The position numbers and the translations under genes were made by a program. Shown in pieces: positions 1 through 12,419 of a stretch of DNA of 64,000 bases. The notes beneath the pieces are model-generated. The model did not search any database, had not been told where the DNA came from, and saw only the letters and a list, made by a program, of their open reading frames with translations. Source of the stretch: Mobula birostris (taxonomy: Eukaryota); assembly GCF_030028105.1 (NCBI RefSeq), contig NC_092370.1, positions 194,166,005 through 194,230,004 of the forward strand. The letters run 5' to 3'. Position 1 is the stretch's first letter. Every line of letters begins with the position of its first letter.

Positions 1-670
1 TATTGATCCCGAGGGTAATTGGTTTTCGTTACAGTTGCACCATAAATAATTAAATAGTAATAAGACCATAAATAATTAAATAGTAATATGTACGTTATGC
101 CAGGAAATAAGTCCAGGACCAGCCTATTGGCTCAGGGTGTCTGACCCTCCAAGAGAGGAGTTGTAAAGTTTGATGGCCACAGGCAGGAATGACTTCCTAT
201 GACACTCTGTATTGCATCTCGGTGGAATGAGTCTCTGGCTGAAAGTACTCCTGTGCCCAACCAGTACATTATGTAGTGGATGGGAGACATTGACCAAGAT
301 GGCATGCAACTTGGACAGCATCCTCGTTTCAGACACCACCATCAGAGAGTCCAGTTCCATCCTCACAACATCACTGGCCTTACGAATGAGTTTGTTGATT
401 CTGTTGGTGTCTGCTACCCTCAGCCTGCTGCCCCAGCACACAACAGCAAATATGATAGCACTGGCCACCACAGACTCGTAGAACATCCTCAGCATCGTCC
501 GACAGATGTTAAAGGTCCTCAGTCTCCTCAGGAATTAGAGACATCTCTGACCCTTCTTGTAAACAGCCTCAGTGTTCTTTGACCAGTCCAGTTTATTGTC
601 AATTCGTATCCCCAGGTATTTGTAATCCTCCACCATGTCCACACTGACCCCCTGGATGGAAAGAGGGGTT
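1..670 (-). mobile_element. 5'-truncated Rex1/L2-group LINE (RT C-terminus and 3' UTR), inserted into the 3' LTR of the Gypsy element
   Basis: ORF 124-495(-) RMFYESVVASAIIFAVVCWG...RKSFLPVAIKLYNSS is near-identical to the copy at 5678-6415. The window starts at its polyA-signal region. The junction with the LTR shows GGGTT microhomology near 666-670. Confidence 0.85.
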
Positions 671-1081
671 ATAGAAACAAATAATATAAATGCGCCAAAT
701 CAGTAAATTTTATCAGTTCTGTGCACAAATAATTTGTTGGAGCTCATGAACTTCATCATCCATTCCTCCCCTCGATCTCCTCCGAGCTCCATTGACCCTC
801 GGCTGGGATCACTCCCGGTGATCTACCAAGCGCTCGACTCACGTCTGACCTCTTCTCTTCTCCTCCACCAAAAGCCCGCACTTCTCCTCTGGTTCCCACA
901 CATACAGATAGAATAACATGACTCCCATTGGCCAGCAAATGAATATAAGTCCCGTTATCACTCATTATAACCCAAACATACTGCTACAGAGAACACCTTA
1001 CTCAACAGTTAACAGTACAGAGAAGCCATTTTGTCAGCCTTGACAATTAACATTACAATGAGTATTACTGAGAACCCTACA
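670..1081 (-). repeat. 3' LTR of the Gypsy element (distal part displaced by the LINE insertion)
   Basis: Direct repeat of ~8929-9339. Begins TGTAGGGTTCTC on the minus strand, immediately after the PPT. Confidence 0.92.
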
Positions 1082-1094
1082 TTCTCCCCCCACC
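1082..1094 (-). other. Polypurine tract (PPT)
   Basis: Minus strand GGTGGGGGGAGAA directly abuts the TG of the 3' LTR. Confidence 0.85.
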
Positions 1095-4000
1095 AAATTT
1101 AGTCATGCCCTCATGACATTCAAATTATTTGCCATCCCTTCCTGCAAAACACAAAGCCCAATCCAAGTGCAGAAAGCAGTGACACAGCTCCCCAAAACTG
1201 AGGAGACCACACCCTGTTCCCCAGGTGCTACGTAGGCCAACCTCCCTGGGAGGTTCCTACTTCTCTGAGACCTGTGTACCCCCTCTTCAAACTCTTCCAC
1301 CTCAGACACTACAGGGGACCTTGGGAGCGACGTGGCGAACCCTCCCGCGAGCGGTCACTCAAACCCCTCTGCACCCCAGAGCCGTCTCTCCCTTGTTCAA
1401 GCTCCACATCCTGTCCTTCAGTGCCCTGTGGTACCACCGACTGCCCATCATTAACCCCCCTTACCCCATCTAACCCAGTGGTCTCTTCCTCCACCACGGA
1501 GGCAGCAGCGAACGGCAACGGGTACCAACCGTCCAAATCATCATCCTCAGAATCAGTATCCCCCACAGGGGCTGGGTCTGGGTCTGTCTCTTCTGGGGTG
1601 GGCTTTTCCGTTGACCCGCAGGTACGCTGAGTCCTTTACTAGGTGCAGCCGCCGCGTCAGGCTCCCTCTCTACCTGTACCTCTTGCCCCAGGGGCAACAG
1701 GTGATTCTGAAGGAGAATCTTGACAGGCCCCTTTCCATCCTCGGGCTGCACCCAGAAGACCAGTAAGTTTGGCATCTGACTCTCCACCACATAAGGCGTG
1801 GCCACCCAGCAATCCGCCAGTTTGTGCTTTCCAGGTAATCCCAGATTCCTTGGACTCGGTCTCCTGGTAGGAGTTGAGGGAACTTTACTTTCTGGTCATA
1901 TCTCCTTTTATATCCCCAATTCTTCCTGGCAGCCACCTCCCCAGCCAACTCGTACACCCTTTCAGGTCTTTGCTCATATCAGACACATACCTCAAGTAAG
2001 GCTTCAGCGACACCTCCCCCTTCATCAGTCCCGAAACAAAGGTCAATGGGCAACCTTGCCTCACGCCCGAACGTAAGATAATAGGGCGAGTATCCAGTAG
2101 CTTCGTTGCATGTACAGTTGTAACAGTGGACCAGATGCCCAATGTGCCGACTCCATCTGTTCTTTTTGCTGATCTCCAGAGTCCCGAGCATTTCTAGCAG
2201 CGTCTGATTGAACCTTTCCGGCTGGGGATCGCCCTGCGGATGATAAGGCGTGGTCTTCGACTTTTCAACCCCCAGCATGCCCAGTAACTCATAGATGAGC
2301 TTACTCTCAAAGTCCCATCCCTGGTCACTATGGATCTGCTGAGGAAGGCCATAATGCACAAAATACTTCTCCCTTAGCACTTTTGCCACTGTAGTCGCCC
2401 TCTGATCCTTGGTAGGAAAAGCTTGAGCATACCTGGTGTAGTGGTCCGTGATGACCAAAACATTCGCCGTGTTGCTGGCATCGGGTTCTAAGGCCAGGTA
2501 ATCCATACACACCAGGTCCAAAGGCCCCGGACTCTGCAAGTGGGACAAAGGGGCAGCCTGCCCAGGCAGCGTCTTCCGGCATATGCAACGAGTGCAGGAC
2601 TTGCAGTACTCTTCAACCTCCGTCCTCATTCGGGGCCAGTAAAACCGATCCTTAAGCAATCCATAAGTCTTTTCCACCTCCAAATGTCCAGAGTCATCAT
2701 GGAATGACTTAACACAACCTTCCGATACTTCTCCGGCAGGACCAGCTGCCAATACCAAGGTCAGTCTGGGGGTGACTTTACCTGGTATAAAATTTGGTTC
2801 TGCAACCCACCCGAAGCCACTCCCTCAGTAACAGAGACACTGAAACGTGTTTTGCCTTCTCCGCCCATGTCACATCCCCCTCTTCAGCTGCGTGCCAGAC
2901 AGGGCCAATGCCTGGGTCATCTCGCTGAGCAGTGGCCACTCCCTCAGGGCTTAACTCCAGCAGCTGCATGGTCTTCAGAGCAGTCATGTCACAGTAACCT
3001 GGGGTTAGGGTGTCAGCAGACGCCCCCAATGGGTCCACTGCATGATCTGGCCTCTCCTTTTCCTCGGCCTCCACGGTGATTGGAAACTGACACAATGCCT
3101 TCACCCCGGATGCAGGAACACTCTCCCACTCCTCGTCCCTCTCCAGTTTTTCATGCCTCCATCGGGACAGTGCATCCGCGTCGACGTTCCAGCTCCCTGG
3201 CTGGTACTTCAGGCTGAAATCATATACATACAAGGCTGCCAGCCACTGATGGCCTGTGGCATCCAGTTTCGCCGAGTTCAGGATGTAGGTGAGTGGGTTG
3301 TTGTCCATCCTCACCTCAAACTTGGCCCTGTAGAGATAGTCACTCAGCTTATCCACCACTGCCATTTCAATGCCAGGAACTCCAACTTGTGGGTGGGATA
3401 GTTTCTCTCAGAAGATGACAAACTCCAGCTGACAAATGCTACGGGCCTCAGCCCGGAGCCCTGATCCTGATCCAGGACGGCCCCTAATCCCTCATGGCTG
3501 GCATCGGTGTATAGCACGTAGGGCAATCAGGGGTCTGCAAAAGCCAGCACTGGAGCCTGAGTCAGCATCTCTTTCAGCGACTGAAAAGCCTCCTCACGTT
3601 TGTCATCCCACCTCTGTCCAAAGGGCTCAGACGGTTCAGATATTCTCCAACCTCCCGTCCTCTCCCCCCTTTCCCTTTCTGTCCCAGGGGAGGGTAGCCC
3701 TGCAGAAGCTGATTCAAGGGGTGACTCACCTTGGCATAGCCCTTCACAAATCTCCGGTAGAATCCACAGAGCCCCGAGAATGAGCGCAGAGCACTCACGG
3801 GCTGGGGCCTTGAACAAGTGGTCACCGCTTCGATCTTAGCCAGGTCAGTCACTACTCCACTCCGCAAGATTGTGTGTCCAACAGAGCTAACAGATGTCTG
3901 GCAGAACTGACATTTATCCACGGAAAATTTTTAATCCTTCATCCTTCAGTCAGTTCACACCTTCATTAACCTTGCTTCGTGTTCTTCCAAGGTGGATCCA

Positions 4001-4213
4001 AATACTATCAGGTCATCCAGATATACCAGCACTTTGAGCAGGTTCATATCCCCCACCATCTTCTCCATGACCCTCTGAAAGGTGGCAGGGGCTCCTGATA
4101 TGCCCTGGGGCATCCTTTCGAACTGGAAAAATCCCAGGGGGCATATGAATGCCATTTTCTCTTTATCGGCCTCACTCATCGGGGTCTCGTAATATCCACT
4201 CCTCAGGTCCAGT

Positions 4214-5329
4214 GGATAGAACATAGAACATAGAATAGTACAGCCCTTCAACCCACAAAACCTGCCTCCCATATAACCCCTCACATAAATTCCTCCATAT
4301 ACCTGTCTAGTAGTCTCTTAAACTCCACGAGTGTATCTGCCTCCACCACTGACTCAGGCAGTGCATTCCATGCGCCAACCACTCTCTGAGTGAAAAACCT
4401 TCCTCTAATATACCCCTTGAACTTCCCACCCCTTACCTTAAAGCCATGTCCTCTTGTATTGAGCAGTGGTGCCCTGGGGAAGAGGTGCTGGCTATCCACT
4501 CTATCTATTCCTCTTATTATCTTGTACACCTCTATCATGTCTCCTCTCATCCTCCTTCTCTCAAAAGAGTAAAGCCCTAGCTCCCTTAATCTCTGGTCAT
4601 AATCCATACTGTCTAAACCAGGCAGTATCCTGGTAAATCTCCTCCATACCCTTTCCAATGCTTCCACATCCTTCCTATAGTGAGGCAACCAGAACTGGAC
4701 ACAGTACTCCAATTGTGGCCTAACCAGAGTTTTATAGAGCTGCATAATTACATCATAACTCTTAAACTCTATCCCTCAGCTTACGAAAGCTAACACCCCA
4801 TAAGCTTTCTTACAAACATATGTAACTACCCTATGTACCTGAGAGGCAACTTTCAAGGATCTGTGGACATGTACCCCGAGATCCCTCTGCTCCTCTACAC
4901 TACCAAGTATCCTGCCATTTACTTTGTACTCTGCCTTAGAGTTTGTCCTTCCAAAGTGTACCACCTCACACTTCTCCGGGTTGAACTCCATCTGCCACTT
5001 CTCAGCCCAATTCTGCATCCTATCAATGTCTCTCTGCAATCTTTGACAATCCTCTACACCATCTACAACACCACCAACCTTTGTGTCATCAGCAAACTTG
5101 CCAACCCACCCTTCTACCCCCACATCCAGGTCGTTAATAAAAATCACGAAAAGTAGAGGTCCCAGAACAGATCCTTGTGGGACACCACTAGTCACAATCC
5201 TCCAATCTGAATGTACTCCCTCCACCACAACCCTCTGCCTTCCGCAGGCAAGCCAATTCTGAATCCACCTGGCCAAACTTCCCTGGATCCCATGCCTTCT
5301 GAATTTCTGAATAAGCCTACCATGTGAAC
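4214..5329 (-). mobile_element. 5'-truncated CR1 LINE nested in the Gypsy RT
   Basis: GVPQGSVLGPLLF, KFADDTK and [16 protein letters not shown] motifs; (TTCTATG)n 3' tail at ~4216-4235. It splits the host motif GAKWF|LDLRSGY. Confidence 0.93.
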
Positions 5330-5677
5330 CTGAACCACTTTGCCCCACTCAGACAGGCCAGCGCGTCTTCCACCCTTGGGACTGTATACTGGTCGGGGAC
5401 GGTGCGCCTGTTCAGGGTCTTGTATTCCACACACATACGAATCTTCCACGTTGGCAGGGCCAGTCGCCATGACCTCTCTTGAAACGGAGTTTCCTCAGTC
5501 ACCCGAATGGTGTGGCGAATGCTCCTGGAACAACCCACATCAAACTTGTCAAGGGAGAAAACATCTTTCAGCATCATTATCTTCTCCACCAGCCTCTGCT
5601 TCCAATGCTCCAGCACAGGTGAGGCCCCAAAGTTAAAAGCCTCAGCGGTCAACTGATCCCTGTTTTCCAATAGCTCT

Positions 5678-6415
5678 AAGGACTAAGGAACTGGTGGTAG
5701 ACCTGAATAGAGCTAAGGTACCGGTGACCCCTGTTTCCATCCAGGGGGTCAGTGTGGACATGGTAGAGGATTACAAATACCTGGGGATACGAATTGACAA
5801 TAAACTGGACTGGTCAAAGAACACTGAGGCTGTCTGCAAGAAGGGTCAGAGCCGTCTCTATTTCCTGAGGAGACTGAGGTCCTTTAACATCTGCCGGATG
5901 ATGCAGAGGATGTTCTACGAGTCTGTGGTGGCCAGTGTGATCATGTTTGCTGTTGTGTGCTGGGGCAGCAGGTTGAGGGTAGCAGACACCAACAGAATCA
6001 ACAAACTCATTCGTAAGGCCAGTGATGTTGTGGGGATGGAACTGGACTCTCTGACGGTGGTGTCTGAAAAGAGGATGCTGTCCAAGTTACATGCCATCTT
6101 GGACAATGTCTCCCATCCACTACATAATGTATTGGTTGGGCACAGGAGTACATTCAGCCAGAAACTTATTCCACCGAGATGCCACACAGAGCGTCATAGG
6201 AAGTCATTCCTGCCTGTGGCCATCAAACTTTACAACTCCTCCGTTGGAGGGTCAGACACACTGAGCCAATAGGCTGGTCCTGGACTTATTTCCTGGCATA
6301 ATTTGCATATTACTATTTAACTATTTATGGTTTTATTACTATTTAATTATTTATGGTACAACTGTAACGAAAACCTATTTCCCCCGGGATCAATAAAGTA
6401 TGTCTATGACTGTGA
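5678..6415 (+). mobile_element. 5'-truncated Rex1/L2-group LINE nested in Gypsy pol
   Basis: KELVVD...YKYLG...KKGQSRLYFLRRL...; AATAAA followed by a (TATGAC)-type tail. CTCT is duplicated at 5674-5677 and 6416-6419; removing the insert restores the host frame LAGGE-LLENRDQ. Confidence 0.92.
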
Positions 6416-7077
6416 CTCTCCCCCAGCGAGCCTCACGGGGGCACTATGCATCACCATTACCGGGAACAACTGTGCCAAGGGCATCCCTCGCTTAAAGACG
6501 ACCTCCCTTTCCATAGTGTTCCTGACGATCACCACCATCCTGCGCGCCTGTACCACCGAGGGCTTCTGCAACTCGGGTCCCACCAGCACACCAGCCGAAA
6601 ATCTCGATTCCTCCTCGAGATCTTCCGGGGCGTCCACTAAAAGGGTTTCATCCTCAGGCACCCCAGGGGATCTGGGGGTCCCTATCACTCTCGCTACTTC
6701 CCCGGGTCATACCACCCTGAGCTTCGACTGGGCACACCACACCATTCCTCTTTTAAATTCTGTGTCCATCCCATTGCGGCCACACACTTATTTAAGAGCA
6801 GCTTGAAACACTGGGTGCACCAACAGGGTCTCCAAAAACTCCTCACTTGTCTGCTCCTTGCAGGCCCCCAGGAGCCTCCGTACAATGGGAGTGTTGGTCC
6901 CCACCAGAATGGACACACTCCCAGTCTCATCAGGGTCCGGGTAAACCAGCATCAAGGCCTCATTAGCTGCAGGCACTGCCACCTCGGCCTCCAAGAACTC
7001 CAGCTTCACTGACAAATAACCATCGAATGGGTAATCACCAGATCTGACGCCCCAAATTTCCAGTGCACTGAAGGGTG

Positions 7078-8678
7078 TCAAGGGTAATGCTGCGAACACT
7101 GATCGTAGAACAAACGGTACAGTAACGTGACCTGCGACCCAGTATCGAGTATGGCTTTTGTATCTATTCCCTCTATCCCAATCGACACACTGGATCGGGG
7201 TGTCACCAATCCTTCTGGGATAGGGTTTTTTCCTCCCAGGGGTCCCATGGCACATTGCTGGGAATGTGTTTTCCCAGAGACTCTAGGCCCTTCCCTGACT
7301 GGCTCTCCTATAAGTTTCCTGACCCCTCTCCCTGCTGGGACACCCGTGGACTCGCGCTCTGAGGGGCGTTCACATTCCTGCCTGAAGTGCCCCTCTTCCC
7401 CACAGTTATAACACACACCTCGTCTCACGGGACCCCGGCCTCCCATAGGCCTTGGTGCAGTCCGTCCCTTCAGGGAGGGGCCCTCTCTGCTAGTCCCTTC
7501 ATGCGGAGGAACCCCTCTTGCCGTGACCCCCTTTACTATTTCCCAAGTGAAGCTGGCCCCAGTCACTTCACCACAAGGGGCCACTACTGAGGACTGCACT
7601 GTACCCACGGAGCCCTCTTCCGACTCCCATGTGTCCTCCTCCTCCCTCACCTCCCTGAACAACTGAACGAAGGACCAGGGGGACCGCATTCTCCGGGACT
7701 GCCAGAAACCCATAGCAATCATGTCATTCTTCTGTACGCCCCTGGCTACCTGGTCTATCCTTATCCAATCCACCTCAGTCCTCGAAATGACCTCCCAGTG
7801 CCTCAAACGATTTAGCCATCGGTCTATCCGGAAAAGATACTCAGAAAGCTTTTCCCCTTTCTCCTGACGCAGGTTCCGAAGCCCCCCTAAAAGCTCCACT
7901 GTGCTCCCCGTTAGACCGAAAGCCTCCTCTAATGCTTTTAGATACTCACTCAGAGAAGCAGAAGGCTGATTAACTTTCACCCCTCTTACTACCTCAGCTG
8001 CCACGCCCTCAAACACTCAATGAATTGCTGCCCCTTTTCTTCCTCAGAACACTGCCACTCATCTAGCAGCTGAGACACGTGCTCTATCCATGTCTCATAA
8101 TCGTCTTCCCCTACGGGGGTGGGAGTCCTCCCAGAGAAAACTCTTAACTTCTGACAAGGACCCACCGCCTTGTTCACCAGGGAGTTAATGGCTGAGGCCA
8201 ACTCAGAGCCCCCACCCTTCCGTGGGAGATGGGGACTACTTATCCGTGGGGGATGGGGCCTAAGTAAAACTTCCAAATCTGTCCACTCCCTTCCTTCATC
8301 CTTCAGGAACAACAGGACCCGATCTCTAAAATCTCTGCCCCCAGCATCAGGCAACTCCTCTGGTGTTCCATCAGATGCTCCCTCCGTGACAGTGTGCACG
8401 CTCCACTACCCCGCTTCACCGTGGTCACCGATAGACGCTGGCAGTCCCGCTGCCGTGACATCAGCACGAGTCTGAACTAACACAAAGCCAGCCTCCGCCA
8501 TTTTACCAAACCTTCTGTCTACGATTTCAACTTTACCTACAGCTTTTACTGTACTCAACCATCGAATTAACACTTCCTGCGAGGTACGCATATCCACCCC
8601 ACTTAATACGCAGGAATGATTAACCGGTACCTCCTCAATCTCACACCAGCATTCAATCTTATCCGGGTCCATCTTCAC
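7078..8678 (-). pseudogene. Disrupted Gypsy gag, PNMA/Ma-like
   Basis: N-terminal WCEIEEVPVNHSCVLSGV...LSTVKAVGKVEI and capsid LRVFSGRTPTPVGEDDYETWIEHVSQLLDEWQCSEEEK resemble PNMA-family signatures. CCHC knuckle present. One stop and one frameshift. Confidence 0.85.
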
Positions 8679-8716
8679 TAATTTAACCCAGGCAAATTAC
8701 ACAGTATCCGTGAAAA

Positions 8717-8735
8717 TTCAAATCCCGGACAAGCA
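8717..8735 (-). other. Primer binding site, tRNA-Pro (degenerate)
   Basis: Plus strand TTCAAATCCCGGACAAGCA matches the tRNA-Pro 3' end TTCAAATCCCGGACGAGCCCCCA with one substitution and a short deletion. Abuts the 5' LTR. Confidence 0.8.
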
Positions 8736-9339
8736 TGTAGCAACTATGCCCCACTTGAGTCCCGTTCGTCTAGGGTAAACTGCCATTGACCCTGCCAACT
8801 CTGTAATCGCGTTGGTGTGGATACTGTGTGATTGCACCCCGGTACAAGCCCACGACATAGAATATCAGACGGTACACAATAGGCAAGTAAATGATTACAC
8901 TTTATAATTATTTCTCGGTGATGGGTTAGTAGAAACAAATAAAATAAAGGTGCCAAATCAGTAAATTTTATCATTTCTGTGCACAAGTAATTCGTTGGAG
9001 CTCACGAAATTCGGCGTCCGTTCCTCCCCTCGATCTCCTCCGCACACCGTCGACCCTCGGCTGGTATCACTCCCGGTGATCTACCAGAGCCTTGACTCAC
9101 ATCCGACCTCTTCTCTTCTCTGCCACCAAAAGCCCGTGCTTCTCCTCCAGTTCCCACACATACAGATAGAATAACATGACTTCCATTGGCTAGCAAATGA
9201 ATACAAGTCCCGTTATTACTAATTATAACCCAAACATGCTGCTACAGAGAACCCCTTACTCAGCAGTTAACAGTACAGAGAAGCCATTTTGTCAGCCTCA
9301 ACAATTAACATTACAATGAGTATTACTGAGAACCCTACA
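8736..9339 (-). repeat. 5' LTR of the Gypsy element
   Basis: TGTAG...CTACA inverted termini; repeat of 670-1081. Confidence 0.92.
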
Positions 9340-9562
9340 TCCCCAAGAGAATTTTTCCAAGGCTTTTCCCTCAACAACTGGGGTAGATATTATTTGTAAG
9401 TTAGTAGATTTTCTGTTATAATTCAGGAAAGGCCTTCAATGTGAGAAAAGCAATTGAAAGAAGTAAAATGTGAGTAAAAAGGCCAGTTTTGCATTCCTAT
9501 TTCTCACATCAAAAGGTTTTTAAAAGTTGTCTAATCTAGTTTTAAGTCGGATATTATTTTAG

Positions 9563-9758
9563 ACATTTCTTGGGTAATTTGCCTCTGGAGGTGTTTAACA
9601 TGCAGGTGGCAACATTATGTAATTCTAAGCAGACTTGAAGCCTGTTTTTCAGCTTGGTTCAGATCACCCACATCGAATGTGTAGAGTTTTCTCAGTAATA
9701 GCTCATTCTTGAAACTAGACGGCGGCAGGTTTTTAATCGCAGGCTTAATAAAAACAAG
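9563..9758 (+). pseudogene. Candidate exon (phase 2 to 2): HFLGNLPLEVFNMQVATLCNSKQT*SLFFSLVQITHIECVEF/LSNSSFLKLDGGRFLIAGLIKT
   Basis: Acceptor attattttAG, donor AAG|GTCATT. Needs readthrough of one TGA and a +1 frameshift in the T run at 9687-9690. Confidence 0.45.
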
Positions 9759-10203
9759 GTCATTGACAGATTATTCAGAGAGATCTGAAAACCCTCTAAC
9801 ACTTTCTTTTCCCTACTTTTTTGATGGCCAATAAATTCTTCTTTGTTCCTGGCCCTGTTATCATGGAAATGATGTTCATTCCTTGGGTGATTTATGTTGG
9901 AGTTGCCATTTACAGTCAGGTCTTATTTCCTGCTGACAGAATGACTGAATGTAATCATTCTAGTCAAAATTGCCAGTTCAAAACTTTACAATGACATTAC
10001 TTTTTCAAACGTTTGCTCTCCATAGATCATGACGATTCAGTCAATTGTCAAATATTATGGAATTCTGTTCCAGTAAAGCTATTCCCATTAGTCTATGAGC
10101 TAATATCCTCATGACTGATGCTTATGATTACATTGATACCAAATGCTAATAGGGACAGATACAAACTGCCACGTCTTCTGAAACCAGAAGGTCTTGGATT
10201 TGG

Positions 10204-10470
10204 TGTTGTTAACCCAGTGTGCTGCAAGAATATTGAAGTAATATTTTGAATAATATTCCAACTATATTGTTTGATTAAGTATTCTTGTTTGATTAAATAA
10301 TTTATTGTGGGTTATACAGTATGTAAAAATAAGCAAATTGCATACATCATGATACTACCACGTTATACGTGCACGCTTTCTTAAAGTAAAAACAAGGTTA
10401 GATTTGTATTCCTGGCTCTTTTGGTTTCCTTTCAATTATCTTTACTGTTTTGGAGTTACAAAATGTAACA
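10204..10470. repeat. Possible short solo LTR
   Basis: TGTT...AACA termini; no clean TSD. Confidence 0.3.
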
Positions 10471-10691
10471 AATGGAATCTTTATATTTAAATGATCCTTG
10501 CTACTGCATATCATATCCATCTTATTTGCAGCCCTTTATAACAATGCATTTGTATTCTTCAGTCAATATGAATTAATTCTATTCTTATACGATCATTTGG
10601 TAAAGTAGCTGAGAGCTATTGTACATCTTAATAAATACAAATTTATAATCTCATAATGCAGTGGTTCCGTATCCTGGGTTTTCTCTTCTAG

Positions 10692-10849
10692 ATTGGAAGC
10701 AGAGACCAGATCAGTAGTTAACTCTGTAGCTCATATACACCGGTTATATCAAATTTTTTGAAGAAGAACAGAATTAGGAGAGCTGCACTGAAGAGCTGTT
10801 TTTCGCACCATAAATCTACTGTATCAATTTTTTGTGAGAATGTTTGCAG
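10692..10849 (+). pseudogene. Candidate exon (phase 2 to 1): LEAETRSVVNSVAHIHRLYQIF*RRTELGELH*RAVFRTINLLYQFFVRMFA
   Basis: Strong acceptor ggttttctcttctAG, donor CAG|GTGGGT. Single frame with two TGA. Confidence 0.55.
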
Positions 10850-12419
10850 GTGGGTGCCTACTTCCTCCCACAGTAGTTCCCTTTATCTAGAATATTTGCC
10901 ATTGTGATAGTATCCACCTTGATTTACATCATTAAACAGTCATGTAATTGCTAATTTATGGGAGTAAGTTGTTAGAGCGATTTTTGGGTTTAGCACATGT
11001 AGCAAGTAATTTTAACTGACTTCAGCCACTAGTCTCCAGATTCAAATCTTGGGTTAAATCTAAAATACAATTCAACCATGAACCAAGTTACTTGGAAGAA
11101 CAGGCAATACGGATTTAAATGTGTTACTTGTGCATATTTGGGTGTCTGTAATATAGGGGCAAACAGGGAGGTGTGATGGTGGGAAGATCCAGGCATGTAG
11201 TTCAAGGGAAGCATTGTAAATATGGAATTATACTTTGATATCTCTCTCCCTCTCTCATGACTCTGAAGGCTGTCAGCTTACTTGTGATAATTTGTTGAAT
11301 AAAGAGACTGCTTCACATCGACCACCACTGCTCTGCATGGCTTCCTTTACACAACAACAGCAACAAGCAGTTAACATTTTGCTTTGAAACCTAACCTGAT
11401 GCATGATTTTGATCCAAAATGGTGCTAATTTCCCCCCCAACTTTGACCCCCAACACCCCTACAGATGCTGCTCCATCGACTAAAGTCCTCCAGCAAATTG
11501 AATATTCTCTAGATTCCAGCATCTGCTTGCTGACTCTTGTGTCCCCAGCATTAGAGGAATGTTATGCTTTATGGTCATATGAGAATAGTTCCAACATTAT
11601 ACTTTATCCTAACTATAAACGGACATAATTTCCTTATAATACACCATTAATGTTATCATGCTGGTATGAAATAAGACTTTAATTTCTTTTTGCAATGATA
11701 CATAGCAAAAGTATGCTGTTGTTTTGATGGCTGAAACCCATGTTTATTTGATAGTGGCATTAAGCACTAACATTACTGCTGCAAGTGAACCCATAGCCTT
11801 TGGCAGAAAGCTGATTAAATGATTCTCAGTACTCCTGTGGAATTCCAGAAACAGAACCTTCTGGTTAAAATTTTTAATTAGGTCATAACTAAGAATTTGT
11901 AAAACAGCCAATCAAAGAAATAATTGTATTAAAGAAATGTAAGTGGGTCTTCTAAAATAAATTAGAAAATGATGGACATACTCAGGAGGCAGCTGTTCTG
12001 AGAATAAGAGACCCAGACACAGACACATGGTCATTATTTGTGCTGTACCCATGCCAGTCTAAATGCTTGAAGCCATACTGGTCCTGAATTCCATCTGGAG
12101 CAACCACGATGCCTCTTCCATGAAGTGTACTGGGCTGTGAGTGGAGATGAAATCATGGGCAGTGGGAGCTAAGGCCCAGAGAACAGCTGACCCTGATGGT
12201 CTTGTGCAGCATGTGGTCTCTTTTGTAGTTTCGAAACATCCCTGCTGATCAAATAACTGAAGTAAGTGGATTGTTTTTAAAAAATAACTTAAAGAAGAAT
12301 AAGTGCATTCAAAACTGATAAATCTACTTTTAATTAATTACAAATGTAAGTACATACTGAAATTAGGAAAACCAAACAATTAGTTTAGTTTAAAATTATC
12401 TTTCATATAATTAGTAAAT

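Larger units (their letters stand above)
1670..7255 (-). pseudogene. Disrupted Gypsy pol (protease, RT, RNase H, integrase)
   Basis: ORF fragments 1979-2758 (integrase HHCC and DDE core), 2778-3526 (RNase H), 3574-4284 and 5317-5670 (RT), 6404-7255 (protease and linker). Interrupted by two LINEs. Confidence 0.9.
670..9339 (-). mobile_element. Near full-length, decayed Ty3/Gypsy LTR retrotransposon (gag-PR-RT-RH-IN)
   Basis: Two LTRs, a PBS and a PPT. Gag has a CYNCGEEGHFRQEC zinc knuckle; protease AILDTGSQ; RT LDLRSGY...YLDD; RNase H YTDAS...KLEFLALKW; integrase HDDSGH...CTRC, DHYTRY, HSDQG, QPERFNQT. Multiple stops and frameshifts. Confidence 0.95.

Noticed and set aside
1103-1805. Possible env or extra ORF after the integrase
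   Set aside because: Low-complexity acidic/Pro-rich tail of pol; no signal peptide or transmembrane segment seen.
7078-8678. Domesticated PNMA gene
   Set aside because: Contains a stop and a frameshift, and sits within a complete LTR-pol structure.
9636-10791. Selenoprotein reading of the three TGA codons
   Set aside because: No Cys/redox context, no SECIS identified, and frameshifts co-occur. CpG decay is simpler.
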